This document shows positions 11,705 through 21,038 of a stretch of 64,000 bases of DNA, piece after piece. The position numbers were made by a program, and so were the translations under genes. This stretch comes from Candidatus Omnitrophota bacterium. GTDB lineage: Bacteria; Omnitrophota; Gorgyraeia; 2-01-FULL-45-10. The notes under the pieces were generated by a model. That model was not told the origin of the DNA. It ran no database searches and saw only the letters and a program-made list of their open reading frames with translations. The stretch covers positions 124,787-188,786 of the forward strand of contig JAQVUX010000001.1 of the NCBI GenBank assembly GCA_028699255.1, in the 5' to 3' direction. Each line of letters opens with the position of its first letter. The first letter of the stretch is position 1.

Positions 11705-13221
11705 ATTTTATACGTCTGTTTAAACTCCGACTTAAATGCCGCTATGGCTGTGTTGAGCCGTGTTTTTATAGAATCATCGAGAGTACCCTTAGCCTCTATC
11801 TCGATCTCTATCTCGGGATAATTCTTGTCCATGTAAGCATAAAACTCCGCCTCGAACTTCAGCATACTTGCGATCGGCAGATCGTCGAGGTAGCCGTTTG
11901 TTCCGGTGTAAATTATCATTACCTGCTTGGCCATCGGAAGCGGTGAGTATTGAGGTTGTTTCAGTATCTCGACCATGCGCTCGCCGCGCGTAAGCTGTGC
12001 CTGCGTCGCCTTATCCAGCTCGGTTCCGAACTGCGTGAATGTAACAAGCTCCCTGTACTGCGCCAAGTCTATCCTGAGGCGGCCGGCTACCTGCTTCATC
12101 GCCTTTGTCTGGGCTTTGCCGCCAACCCTCGATACCGAAAGGCCTACATTGATTGCCGGACGGACGCCTGCATAGAAAAGATCGCTCTCCAGATATATCT
12201 GCCCGTCAGTGATAGAGATGAGGTTAGTTGGTATGTATCCAGTAAGATCTCCCGCCTGCGTTTCTATAATAGGTATGGCCGTTATAGATCCGCCGCCGAG
12301 CTTGTCTGTCAATTTTGCGGAACGCTCAAGAAGGCGCGAATGCAGATAAAATATGTCGCCCGGATAAGCTTCCCTGCCGGGCGGCCTGCGCAGAAGAAGC
12401 GACAACTGCCGGTATGCCTGGGCGTGTTTGGAAAGATCGTCGTAGACCACATATACGTCCTTGCCGCTATACATGAACTCCTCGGCTATGGCGCATCCAG
12501 AATAAGGTGCGATATATTGCAACGACGCGGCGGCGCGCGAAGAAGCGCTCACTATGACCGTGTATTCTTTGGCGCCGTATTTTTCCAGGGTTTCGCTTAT
12601 GGCGACGATATTCGACATTTTTTGCCCGATAGCCACATAGATGCAATATACGCCTTTGCCTTTTTGATTTATAATGGTATCGACCGCTATGGCGGTTTTG
12701 CCCGTCTGCCTGTCGGCTATGACGAGCTCGCGCTGTCCCCGGCCTATCGGTATCATGGAATCGACGGCTTTTATGCCTGTCTGGAGCGGTGTATTAACCG
12801 GCTGGCGATCTACTATCCCCGGCGCCGGGCTTTCTATCGGCCTGTGTTTATTCGTAGCGACGGGGCCTTTCCCGTCGATAGGCTCGCCGAGCGCATTTAC
12901 AACCCTGCCGAGAAGCGCCGAACCGACCGGCACTTGTACTATCTTACCCGTTCGCTTTACCGTGTCTCCTTCGCGTATCGCCTTTTCGGAGCCCAATATA
13001 ACAATACCAACTTTATCTTCTTCGAGGTTTAAAACCATCCCCATGATATTGCCCGGGAATTGGACGAGCTCGCCCACCATCGCGTCATCCAGCCCGTATA
13101 CCAGCGCTATCCCGTCGCCTATCTGCAGGACGGTGCCGACCGATTCTACACGCAAGCGGGTCTTGTACTTATCGAGTTCTTTTTTTATAATCGCGGTTAC
13201 TTCTTCAGGTCTAAGCGCCAT
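11701..13221 (-). CDS. atpA: ATP synthase alpha subunit
   Basis: GDRQTGKT Walker A. 506 aa. Confidence 0.95.
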
Positions 13222-13792
13222 AAGCCTCCCCTAAATTGTCATGGGCAGGCACCACTTTCATCGCCAGTAGTTTTGCCCTCATATCCTCAAGCCGTCTTTT
13301 TATCGAGCCGTCAATCAGCATATTTCCGATTTTTAAGTAAATACCGCCCAATATATCAGGGTCGAGTTCTATATACATGTGTAATTTTTTATGCATCTTC
13401 TCTTCTACGACGGTTTTTATCTGACGTATCATATCTGTTTCGAGAGGATAGCTGACCTTAAGCAGTGCATCAACTTCTATGCCGTGCGAATAAGTCCTCC
13501 GCACATAGTTGGCTATAAAGCCGAATTTATCGAACCGGCTCTTTTCTAAAAGAAGCCTCAGGAAATAACCAATCTCCCCGGAAAGGCCGTTTCTCGTTAC
13601 GTTTTCCAAAAGCTGAAATTTTTCGTTCCGATCGATCCCTGGCGTCAGCAGGAATCTTTCGAGGTCGGGATTCGCGGCGAGTAATCTATTGACGATCTCC
13701 ATGTCCTCCACGCCCTTTTTTACACCGCACCCGTCTTTTGCGAATGCAAGAAACGCGTCGCCGTATCTTTTTGCCAGTATGTCGCCGTCCAC
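13211..13792 (-). CDS. atpH: ATP synthase delta (OSCP) subunit
   Basis: 193 aa, OSCP-like. Sits between atpF and atpA. Confidence 0.8.
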   Translation of the reverse strand: MDGDILAKRYGDAFLAFAKDGCGVKKGVEDMEIVNRLLAANPDLERFLLTPGIDRNEKFQLLENVTRNGLSGEIGYFLRLLLEKSRFDKFGFIANYVRRTYSHGIEVDALLKVSYPLETDMIRQIKTVVEEKMHKKLHMYIELDPDILGGIYLKIGNMLIDGSIKRRLEDMRAKLLAMKVVPAHDNLGEAYGA

Positions 13793-14287
13793 TTAACGCT
13801 TCTCCATCTGTTTTATGAATGTCTCAACTATCCGCTTGTCGTCCTCAACGGTCAATTTCTCCTGTATAACCTTCGCGGCGATGTCAACGGTGATATTCAC
13901 GATCTTGTCTTTTAACATTTCCTCCGCCTTCGCGGTCTCGGCTTTGATCGACTCTTTCGCCTTAGCCAGTATCGCCTCACCCTCTTCCCTGGCGTCCACG
14001 CGTATCTTTTCGGCCGCTTTCCGGCCCTCTTCTATGGCCGCGTTTATCCGCAACCTTGCTTCGGCCTCGATAGAGAATATCCTTGTCTCGTAATCGCGCT
14101 TCATCCTATCGGCCGCGGCCTTCACCTCGTCGATAGTTTTAAGTTCGGAGGCGATGCGTTCTTTGCGATCGTCAAGCGTTTTAAGAAATGGCTTCCACGC
14201 GAAACGTTTCATCAAAAAAAGCAGGATGAGAAACGTTATTATCTGCGCGACAAGTTCATTTGCGCTTAATAGTTTGAGTAATTCCAT
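13793..14287 (-). CDS. atpF: ATP synthase Fo subunit b
   Basis: N-terminal TM helix followed by a long charged coiled coil. 164 aa. Confidence 0.8.
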   Translation of the reverse strand: MELLKLLSANELVAQIITFLILLFLMKRFAWKPFLKTLDDRKERIASELKTIDEVKAAADRMKRDYETRIFSIEAEARLRINAAIEEGRKAAEKIRVDAREEGEAILAKAKESIKAETAKAEEMLKDKIVNITVDIAAKVIQEKLTVEDDKRIVETFIKQMEKR

Positions 14288-14295
14288 AAAAACCC

Positions 14296-14338
14296 TTCAA
14301 CCTACGCGGTAACCTACGCGGTTACCGCGTAGGTTGAA
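14296..14338. repeat. 19-bp near-perfect inverted repeat with a 5-nt loop in the atpE-atpF spacer
   Basis: ttcaacctacgcggtaacc-tacgc-ggttaccgcgtaggttgaa. It also contains the tandem repeat cctacgcggt(aa)cctacgcggt. Confidence 0.6.
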
Positions 14339-14348
14339 TCCGGTCAGG

Positions 14349-14582
14349 TTAGATCTTTCCGGATAATCCGAATACGAAGACGAGCGCGTAGATGGTCAGC
14401 GCTTCAATGAACGCGCATCCAACCGCCATATTTATAAGTATCTTCGTAGCGGCTTCCGGCTGTCTGCCGGTGGCATCCATCGCCGCGGCAACCGCCTTGC
14501 CCAAACCGAACGCGGATCCGAACGCGGCTATACCCAGCCCAAGCGGGAGCCCTAATGAAAGCATCGTTTTATAATCCATCAC
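14349..14582 (-). CDS. atpE: ATP synthase Fo subunit c
   Basis: 77 aa. Two TM helices with a Gly-rich helix 1 and a conserved carboxylate (AFIEALTIY) in helix 2. Confidence 0.85.
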   Translation of the reverse strand: MMDYKTMLSLGLPLGLGIAAFGSAFGLGKAVAAAMDATGRQPEAATKILINMAVGCAFIEALTIYALVFVFGLSGKI

Positions 14583-14599
14583 TACCTCCTCCTTATTAG

Positions 14600-15364
14600 T
14601 TATGCGTGACTTGCCTCATCATCATGCGCAAGCAGCAGTGTAAAATATACGGTCGTAAGCAGGCAGAACACGAGTGTCTGCACAACCGAGACCACGATCG
14701 CCATCAGCGAATTGAACAATAAAAGCGGTAATCCTTTTAAACCAAACCCCGCGAATACGGCCAGAAGCATATCGTCCCCCCAGATATTGCTCCGGAGACG
14801 AAGCGACAGGCTTATCGGCTTCACAAGCTCGGAGACGACGTGCAGGACAAACATCATGATCGGTATAAATACCGAAAACGCTATTATCCCCCTGGGCCTG
14901 CCGAGAGCGTGGTCGATATACCCCCAGAAACCGAGCTCCTTAAATCCGACATACTGGACGTAACAGAATACGCATATCGCAAGCGCAAGTGTCGTCGACC
15001 AGCTTGTAGACGGCGACTTCATGAAAGGCACAAGGCCTACAAGGTTCATGCAAAGTATGTATATAAAGAGCGTGCCGATAAAAGGAACATATTCCCGGCC
15101 GTTTTTGCCGATGATGCCGCAGACAAAATCATCAACGCCTCCGACGAACATCTCGAAAAAACCCTGCAGTCGGCCGGGCACCGTCGAGCGCTTCCTTGAT
15201 GCCGCATAAGCCGTAAAAGTCAACGCGGCTATTATTATTATCGAAAATATAACGTTTTCCCAGACAATCAGATAATGCGCGAAACCGGTTTCTTTGAACG
15301 CCTCGGCGGCAATCGTTACTATATTCGGAAGTTCCGGGGTTTTCGTTACGCCTGCTTCAACCAT
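14600..15364 (-). CDS. atpB: ATP synthase Fo subunit a
   Basis: 254 aa polytopic membrane protein. Conserved Arg in LSLRLRSN. Confidence 0.85.
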   Translation of the reverse strand: MVEAGVTKTPELPNIVTIAAEAFKETGFAHYLIVWENVIFSIIIIAALTFTAYAASRKRSTVPGRLQGFFEMFVGGVDDFVCGIIGKNGREYVPFIGTLFIYILCMNLVGLVPFMKSPSTSWSTTLALAICVFCYVQYVGFKELGFWGYIDHALGRPRGIIAFSVFIPIMMFVLHVVSELVKPISLSLRLRSNIWGDDMLLAVFAGFGLKGLPLLLFNSLMAIVVSVVQTLVFCLLTTVYFTLLLAHDDEASHA

Positions 15365-15690
15365 AATTTAAATATACCTACCGTTGCCAGGACTATCGTT
15401 AATCCGGTTAATAATCCGGCTACCGGAAATGCCCTGGAGTTCAAAATCATAAACCCTATCAAATAAAGAACCGGGAATTTTACAAGTATGAGCGCCGTAA
15501 GCCTTGCCGGGTCTTTTTTCAGGACGCTTATCTTCATTATGCTCACCGTGAAAATAAGATTTGCCGCCGACCACGCGGCGCCGATCACCATTCCGAGCGC
15601 CCACATCATCCTGCCCGTCGCTAAGAGCGCTATCGCGCCGACCGTTACCACAAACGCGCTGATCTTTACGGATCTGGCAATGTCCTCCAC
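15346..15690 (-). CDS. atpI: ATP synthase protein I-like membrane protein
   Basis: Small hydrophobic ORF between atpZ and atpB. An in-frame GTG start overlaps the atpZ TAG by 1 nt (TAGTG). The longer frame to 15777 would overlap atpZ by 88 nt. Confidence 0.45.
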   Translation of the reverse strand: MEDIARSVKISAFVVTVGAIALLATGRMMWALGMVIGAAWSAANLIFTVSIMKISVLKKDPARLTALILVKFPVLYLIGFMILNSRAFPVAGLLTGLTIVLATVGIFKLWLKQA

Positions 15691-15920
15691 TATTTTTCTT
15701 CTTCCTCCGTCTTCAGCGCAAGCCTCACCACCCTGACCGTCTCCCTGACGCCTACGACAAATCCCAAAGTAACGCAAATGGCCGCGGTGTAATTTGGAAA
15801 ATGGAATTTTTTCACCAGGAAATCGGCAAGAAAATAACCTCCAAGCGGCCCGGCGGCCATCATCACAGGGATGAACGACATCAATCCACCTATTTTAATC
15901 CACTTATGCACTTTTGTCAA
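15690..15920 (-). CDS. atpZ: AtpZ/AtpI-family small membrane protein (putative F0F1-ATPase-associated subunit)
   Basis: 76 aa with two TM helices. First gene of the atp operon. TTG start with a GGAGG ribosome-binding site 12 nt upstream. Confidence 0.55.
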   Translation of the reverse strand: MTKVHKWIKIGGLMSFIPVMMAAGPLGGYFLADFLVKKFHFPNYTAAICVTLGFVVGVRETVRVVRLALKTEEEEK

Positions 15921-15973
15921 TCTCTCGACGCGCCTCCATTTTTAGTTATTGCTTGCTCGAGATTGATCCTGAG

Positions 15974-16480
15974 CTATGCCGAAGGGTCAATTTTCATCGC
16001 CTTAACTATTGCCAACGCCACCTCTTTGGAGGCGCTCACAACGCTTTTCGTTGGACTCTTGCCGAATTCTATCGAGGCCGGCTGTATGCCTATAAGAACA
16101 GGGTCGCATTTAAATGACTTCAGGAAGTACTGCATTAATACTTTGGCAGGCATCTTGTGAGTAGAAAATGACACGCCATCGCCGATGTCGAGCGGACTCA
16201 ATACCACTATAGTACCGGGTTTATCTTTGAAATCCACGCTATCGACTAAGAGTATGTGGGATGGGCCGTATCTTTTTATATCGCCTGTGAGGTTTTCGGG
16301 AGCGGTAGCGCCTATGAATATTTTAAACCGGCGGGCATTTTTCTTTAGAAGTTTTTTTACGTTATCCGCGATGAGCAAGCCGGCGGCGTCGTCTCCCCGG
16401 AATTCGGAGCCTATGGCTAAAAGCGCGATCTTTCCCGCGCCCTTCAATCTATTCTTTAGGTACTTCTCCAGGTTTGGCAT
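15974..16480 (-). CDS. [NiFe]-hydrogenase maturation endopeptidase (HycI/HybD-like)
   Basis: GSEFRGDDAAG motif and a C-terminal His. 168 aa. Lies immediately downstream of the hydrogenase structural genes. Confidence 0.7.
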   Translation of the reverse strand: MPNLEKYLKNRLKGAGKIALLAIGSEFRGDDAAGLLIADNVKKLLKKNARRFKIFIGATAPENLTGDIKRYGPSHILLVDSVDFKDKPGTIVVLSPLDIGDGVSFSTHKMPAKVLMQYFLKSFKCDPVLIGIQPASIEFGKSPTKSVVSASKEVALAIVKAMKIDPSA

Positions 16481-16826
16481 CGTATTTTATCTTAAGCTTC
16501 TCGCGGTCCAGGGCCGCGAGTTCAAACTCTTTTGTAGACTCAAGCGCCTTCTTCATGCATGAATCGACGCACTGGGCGCAGTAGATGCACTTACCGAGGT
16601 CGATATAGCATTCAAACGCTTTGTCGCCTACTTTTACAATCTCGATCGCGCCCGCGGGGCAGTCGCGCATACACATCTTGCAACCGATGCACCGTTCCGG
16701 ATAAAACTTTAATTTGCCGCGGAATCTGTCCGGCATCGTCGCTTTAACGAACGGATACTTTGTAGTAGCCGGTTTTTTGAATATCGACTTCAATACTTGC
16801 CTTAACATCTTCCCCGGCCTGATCAT
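16449..16826 (-). CDS. 2x[4Fe-4S] ferredoxin subunit (NuoI/MbhN-like)
   Basis: CIGCKMCMRDCP and CIYCAQCVDSC clusters. The ATG at 16826 overlaps the upstream stop (ATGA). Confidence 0.75.
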   Translation of the reverse strand: MIRPGKMLRQVLKSIFKKPATTKYPFVKATMPDRFRGKLKFYPERCIGCKMCMRDCPAGAIEIVKVGDKAFECYIDLGKCIYCAQCVDSCMKKALESTKEFELAALDREKLKIKYDAKPGEVPKE

Positions 16827-17758
16827 CGGACAACCCCCTTTAGGAGAAGGTCGATGAATAGTTGTAAGAAAGCCAGCGGCGCAAGACACTTCCAGCAAAA
16901 TCCGATCATTTGGTCTATACGCATACGAGCAAATATTGTCCTAAGAAGTGAAAGCATACAGATTATCGCCATGACCTTCGCGATGAAAAACAGGAAACCG
17001 GCTATCGGGTTCGCCCCGAGCCAGAACGGCATATATACGGCCGCCAATAGCGACGAACCGACTATCGCTTCCATGTCGATACCGAGACGGAAAAGCCCTA
17101 AGAGTTTCCCGCTGTATTCCGTGAATGTGCCGGCCACGATCTCCGTCTCCGCTTCCGGTATGTCGAACGGCACTTTTTCCAGTTTACCCAAAAGAGATAT
17201 CATGCATATCGCGAAACCTGGCAAATTCACGAGCCATAACAAGGGATGCGCGGAGTAAAATACCGACATCTCGGCAAGCGACCACGTATTTGCCAGAAGT
17301 GCGGGCGCCAGTATGCTCATGAGAAGCGGAACTTCGTACGCGAAAAGCTGGGTCAATGCCCGGACGGCTCCTATCTTGGCGTATAGCGATGTCGAGTACC
17401 ATCCTCCGAGGAAGAACGTGAGTGTCGGTATGGTCAGAAGATACAGGATGACGATGAGGTCGCCATTGAACGCAAATAGCGGCCGCGCGTTCCATAAAGG
17501 TATGTAAAGGAATGCCGTAACTGTGGCGGTCATTGCTAAAAGCGGCATCGTCTTGAATATTGACGGATCCGCTTCCTCCGGTATTATTTCTTCCTTCGAC
17601 GAAAGTTTTATAAAGTCCGCGAGCGGCTGAAACCATGGCGGGCCTACGCGGTTCTGTAAGCGCGCATAGAGTTTCCTGTCGAAAAATTCCGCCGCCAGTC
17701 CGAAAACGGCGAGGAATAGAAAGCCCGGGAATATAAGTATCTGGAATAATCCCATCAT
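16823..17758 (-). CDS. NuoH/EchB/MbhM-like membrane subunit
   Basis: 311 aa polytopic protein. NuoH-like QxRxGP motif (LQNRVGPP). Confidence 0.8.
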   Translation of the reverse strand: MMGLFQILIFPGFLFLAVFGLAAEFFDRKLYARLQNRVGPPWFQPLADFIKLSSKEEIIPEEADPSIFKTMPLLAMTATVTAFLYIPLWNARPLFAFNGDLIVILYLLTIPTLTFFLGGWYSTSLYAKIGAVRALTQLFAYEVPLLMSILAPALLANTWSLAEMSVFYSAHPLLWLVNLPGFAICMISLLGKLEKVPFDIPEAETEIVAGTFTEYSGKLLGLFRLGIDMEAIVGSSLLAAVYMPFWLGANPIAGFLFFIAKVMAIICMLSLLRTIFARMRIDQMIGFCWKCLAPLAFLQLFIDLLLKGVVR

Positions 17759-18978
17759 TTTAGTAACTTTGTAAGTTTGTTATTCAGGTTCGTAAAATCG
17801 ACGCCATGCTCCTGATAAAACTTAATGCTGTACTCGTGTAGCTCTTCCCATTTCAAAACGTTTCTTTTGCGTTTGCCAACCTGGCGAATACCCGTGAGCC
17901 GGTCCGTGCAGGAGAAACAGGGGTCGATGGCCGCTATAACGATAGGAAGGTCGGCGAGCTGGCGGTTCTCGAGCATCTTCGCGACTGTCTGGATATTGGC
18001 AAGCGTCGGCGCCCTGACCTTCACCCTTTCGGGTTTTTCGGTGCCATTGGCCTTGACATAATGCATATCCTCGCCCCTGGGCGCCTCATAACGCGATACC
18101 GCTTCGCCCGCCGGTATCTTTCGCGGAGCTTTTACCGTAAGAGGGCCATCCGGCATATTTTTAACCGTCTGGCGGATTATGCTATACGCTTCCATAAGCT
18201 CGCCCATGCGGACGAGAGTGCGGCCGTAAACATCGTTGTGATTATCGGTAATAACTTTGAATTTCATATCGGCATACGCGGCGTATGGATCGTCGCGCCT
18301 TACGTCCCTATCGACGCCTGACGCCCTGGCGGTAGGTCCTACCGCCCCCAGCTTCAAAGCATCATCGTGGGAAAGAAGCCCAACTCCGGATAGACGCTGA
18401 ATGAGCGTCGTCTCCTGAGTAGCAACCTGAATATAATATTTCGTGCGCTCCTCCAGTGTATCCATAGCCTTGAGTATGTCCTTGCCCTGCTCCGGGGACA
18501 TGTCACGCCTGACACCGCCTATCGTGTTTATACCGTAATTTACACGGTTACCTGTAAGCATAGCGAGGATATCCATAACGATTTCCCTGTCGCGCCAGGT
18601 GTACATGAGTAGCGTGTCGAACCCGACCTCGTGTCCGGCTACGCCGAGCCATAGAAGATGACTGTGCACCCTCTCAAGCTCACCGACGAGCGTACGAATA
18701 TACAGCGCCCTCTTTGGTACGGCGATGGCGCCTATCTCCTCGACCGCCTGCACAAAACACGTTGAATGCGAATGAGAACATATCCCGCAGATGCGTTCGG
18801 TCAGGTAAACGTCCTGAATATAAGTGCGTTCTTCGCAAGCTTTCTCGATACCGCGGTGATTGTAACCGAGCCTCGCCGAGAACTTCATTATCTTCTCGCC
18901 GCTTAACGTTACGCTAAAACTCTCCGGCTCTTTAAGCGCCGGATGCTGTGGTCCTATCGGGATTACGACTTTATGCAT
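17755..18978 (-). CDS. group-4 [NiFe]-hydrogenase large subunit (NuoD-like)
   Basis: N-terminal RICGICSHSH and C-terminal DPCFSCTDR Ni-Fe ligand motifs. 407 aa. Confidence 0.85.
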   Translation of the reverse strand: MHKVVIPIGPQHPALKEPESFSVTLSGEKIMKFSARLGYNHRGIEKACEERTYIQDVYLTERICGICSHSHSTCFVQAVEEIGAIAVPKRALYIRTLVGELERVHSHLLWLGVAGHEVGFDTLLMYTWRDREIVMDILAMLTGNRVNYGINTIGGVRRDMSPEQGKDILKAMDTLEERTKYYIQVATQETTLIQRLSGVGLLSHDDALKLGAVGPTARASGVDRDVRRDDPYAAYADMKFKVITDNHNDVYGRTLVRMGELMEAYSIIRQTVKNMPDGPLTVKAPRKIPAGEAVSRYEAPRGEDMHYVKANGTEKPERVKVRAPTLANIQTVAKMLENRQLADLPIVIAAIDPCFSCTDRLTGIRQVGKRKRNVLKWEELHEYSIKFYQEHGVDFTNLNNKLTKLLK

Positions 18979-18981
18979 GTT

Positions 18982-19437
18982 TTACACGCCTCCCTGTTTC
19001 TTCCAATCCTTGCGAAGAGGATACTCTCCTGCGGGCCAATCGTCCGACAGCGGATACCTATTGCCCGCGGAAAGACCTTTAACTTTCGCGCCCAATAGAT
19101 CCATAACTTCTCTCTCATATATGTCGGCGCCAGGAAAATATCCTGTAATAGTATTTATCGTCGGATTGTTTTTATCCGCGCTCACTTTTATATTCAACAT
19201 AATACCATCCTCGCGGGCTATATGATACAGGAACCCGAGAGTTGCGCCCTCGTCGAGGCCGGTTATACTGCAAAGCATTACGAAACCAAGACTTTTTACA
19301 GCGTATTCAAAAACCCCTTCAAAATCTTTAGGCGACACTTCAACATACATCCGCCTTGACCTCTGCATGCGTATCTTGCCGTCCAGAATCGCGAATTTTT
19401 TGATAAGCTCTTGCTGTATCTTTTCTTCTTCCGTCAT
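18982..19437 (-). CDS. NuoC-like (30 kDa) hydrogenase subunit
   Basis: NuoC-family core. The ATG at 19437 overlaps the small-subunit stop (ATGA). Confidence 0.7.
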   Translation of the reverse strand: MTEEEKIQQELIKKFAILDGKIRMQRSRRMYVEVSPKDFEGVFEYAVKSLGFVMLCSITGLDEGATLGFLYHIAREDGIMLNIKVSADKNNPTINTITGYFPGADIYEREVMDLLGAKVKGLSAGNRYPLSDDWPAGEYPLRKDWKKQGGV

Positions 19438-19880
19438 TTCGCTTTTTCCTTCGTCTCTAAGCTCATTAATAATTTCACGACCCCGTCTATTATCGCCTTG
19501 GGGCTTGCGGGGCATCCCGGTATGTAAGCGGACACGGGTATCACTTTATCGATGCCGCTTTCGACGCTGTAACAGCCGTCGAATACACCGCCTGAACAGG
19601 CGCAGGTACCTACCGCTACGACGAACTTCGGTTCCGGCATCTGGTCGTAAATGCGCTTTAGCCGCGTTTTGATCTGCCTGGTGACAGGCCCCGAACACAC
19701 AAGCACGTCGGCGTGCCGCGGGGTTCCTTTAAGCTGGGCGCCGAAGCGCTCCAGGTCGTATCGCGGTGTAAGCGCCGCTATTATCTCGATGTCGCAGGCA
19801 TTGCACGCACCGGTATTAAAATGAATTATCCACGGCGATTTTATCCTGGACCATGTAACGATTTTTTCGACCAAACCCAT
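19434..19880 (-). CDS. [NiFe]-hydrogenase small subunit (NuoB-like), proximal [4Fe-4S]
   Basis: GACNAC ... GTCACSGG ... GCP cysteine pattern. 148 aa. Confidence 0.85.
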   Translation of the reverse strand: MGLVEKIVTWSRIKSPWIIHFNTGACNACDIEIIAALTPRYDLERFGAQLKGTPRHADVLVCSGPVTRQIKTRLKRIYDQMPEPKFVVAVGTCACSGGVFDGCYSVESGIDKVIPVSAYIPGCPASPKAIIDGVVKLLMSLETKEKAK

Positions 19881-19884
19881 ACCA

Positions 19885-20223
19885 CTATCTCCTGAAAAGT
19901 ATCACAAGACCTGTTGCCGCGCCCAGTATGCATGTTACCGCCACGACCAGTGATCCCATCGTTAAAGCCGGCACAGTAGCAATGATAAGCGTAAATACGT
20001 GTAGTATCGTAAAGAAGAACGCGAACGGAAAAAATTGGCTGTAATCCGGTTGCATAAGGCTTGTCGGCACATCTTCTCCGCAGGAGTACGCCTTATCCGT
20101 CCCGGAGGCATGTTTACCCGGTTTAAATGAAAGTAGCGACAACCCTTTAGATAATGCCATGACCGCGATGAGCACTATCACAAATGCGGCCGGAGGGGAT
20201 AACAGTATTTTATTCAGATCCAT
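19885..20223 (-). CDS. NuoA/ND3-like small membrane subunit
   Basis: KAYSCGEDVP plus an FFPFAFFFTIL hydrophobic segment, resembling the ND3 YECG/FD-E region. 112 aa. Confidence 0.5.
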   Translation of the reverse strand: MDLNKILLSPPAAFVIVLIAVMALSKGLSLLSFKPGKHASGTDKAYSCGEDVPTSLMQPDYSQFFPFAFFFTILHVFTLIIATVPALTMGSLVVAVTCILGAATGLVILFRR

Positions 20224-20224
20224 A

Positions 20225-20545
20225 TTAACCTTTCAGATTCCTTATACTGCGCACATCGAGCGAATCGGTGCGCCTGAATACCCACAACGCGATACCTGCC
20301 GCCGTAGCCGCGACGACCACTTCGATGACGATTATCGTTATAACAAGCCCCTGCGTGAGCGCTTCGCGGCCGGTTATCTTACCGACCACTATCAAAAGAA
20401 GCGTCACCGCTTTGGTAAGGAGCTCGAGACCTATTATCGAGCGTATCATGTTGCGCGTCACGAGTATGCAATATGCCCCGCATGCGAATAATAGCACTAT
20501 GAAAAATCCGTACAGGCTGAATAATTGCCAGGAACTACTTGTCAT
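20225..20545 (-). CDS. NuoK/MnhC-like antiporter subunit
   Basis: 106 aa with three TM helices and a conserved Glu in TM2 (IGLELL). Confidence 0.6.
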   Translation of the reverse strand: MTSSSWQLFSLYGFFIVLLFACGAYCILVTRNMIRSIIGLELLTKAVTLLLIVVGKITGREALTQGLVITIIVIEVVVAATAAGIALWVFRRTDSLDVRSIRNLKG

Positions 20546-21038
20546 TCTGTTTTTTCTCCTCGAATAGGATCACTATGCCGAGCGCGCCCGCTATCAATAT
20601 GACGACCTGTCCTATCAGGTCGAGGCGTCTCAAGTTCCATAATAGAGACCTGACATCTGTGCTAAAAGGCGGTGGCGGCATTATCATAAAATCCTGGCGC
20701 GCCTTCATAAGTATAAGCGCAATACCTATAATGACCAGCACGACCGGCAAATACCGGTAACGCTTGACCCTCGCCTTCGATATCGCCAACACCTCCTGGT
20801 GCGTCAAAGGCCGCATCATGCTTATGGCGCTCACAAAAATGGCTGTTATAAGTCCGGCGCAGACTGACAGCTCAAAAACTGCCGCGAGCGGCGAATTGAG
20901 CCGGAATATAACTAAGGATACGAGCGCGCTCGTTACGGCCAGGGCTATGGTCGCTTTTAATAAGCTCCTGCCCATCACCGTCCAGAGGGCTCCCAGAATT
21001 ATCAACACCAATAACATCACGTCGATATTCATATTCAT
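20535..21038 (-). CDS. MnhB-like (Mrp antiporter subunit B domain) membrane protein
   Basis: 167 aa polytopic protein. Its position between MrpC-like and MrpD-like genes matches Mrp/Mbh layouts. Confidence 0.55.
   Translation of the reverse strand: MNMNIDVMLLVLIILGALWTVMGRSLLKATIALAVTSALVSLVIFRLNSPLAAVFELSVCAGLITAIFVSAISMMRPLTHQEVLAISKARVKRYRYLPVVLVIIGIALILMKARQDFMIMPPPPFSTDVRSLLWNLRRLDLIGQVVILIAGALGIVILFEEKKQNDK

Noticed and set aside
11950-13032. 360-aa plus-strand ORF, plus similar long plus-strand ORFs at 5795-6649, 10340-11104, 34257-34934 and 44154-44831
   Set aside because: Each lies entirely antisense to a well-supported gene (atpA, ygiQ, atpD/G, nadE, DUF523). Their translations are low-complexity and Arg/Cys-rich, so they are shadow ORFs.
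14349-14582. Na+-type c-subunit signature in atpE
   Set aside because: Helix 2 has E..T..Y but lacks the Ser/Thr next to the Glu, and helix 1 lacks the conserved Gln. This is insufficient to claim Na+ specificity.
15346-15777. Full-length 143-aa atpI ORF overlapping atpZ by 88 nt
   Set aside because: The N-terminal 29 residues are Arg/Gly-rich and non-membrane. An in-frame GTG that overlaps the atpZ stop by 1 nt gives a more typical AtpI length.
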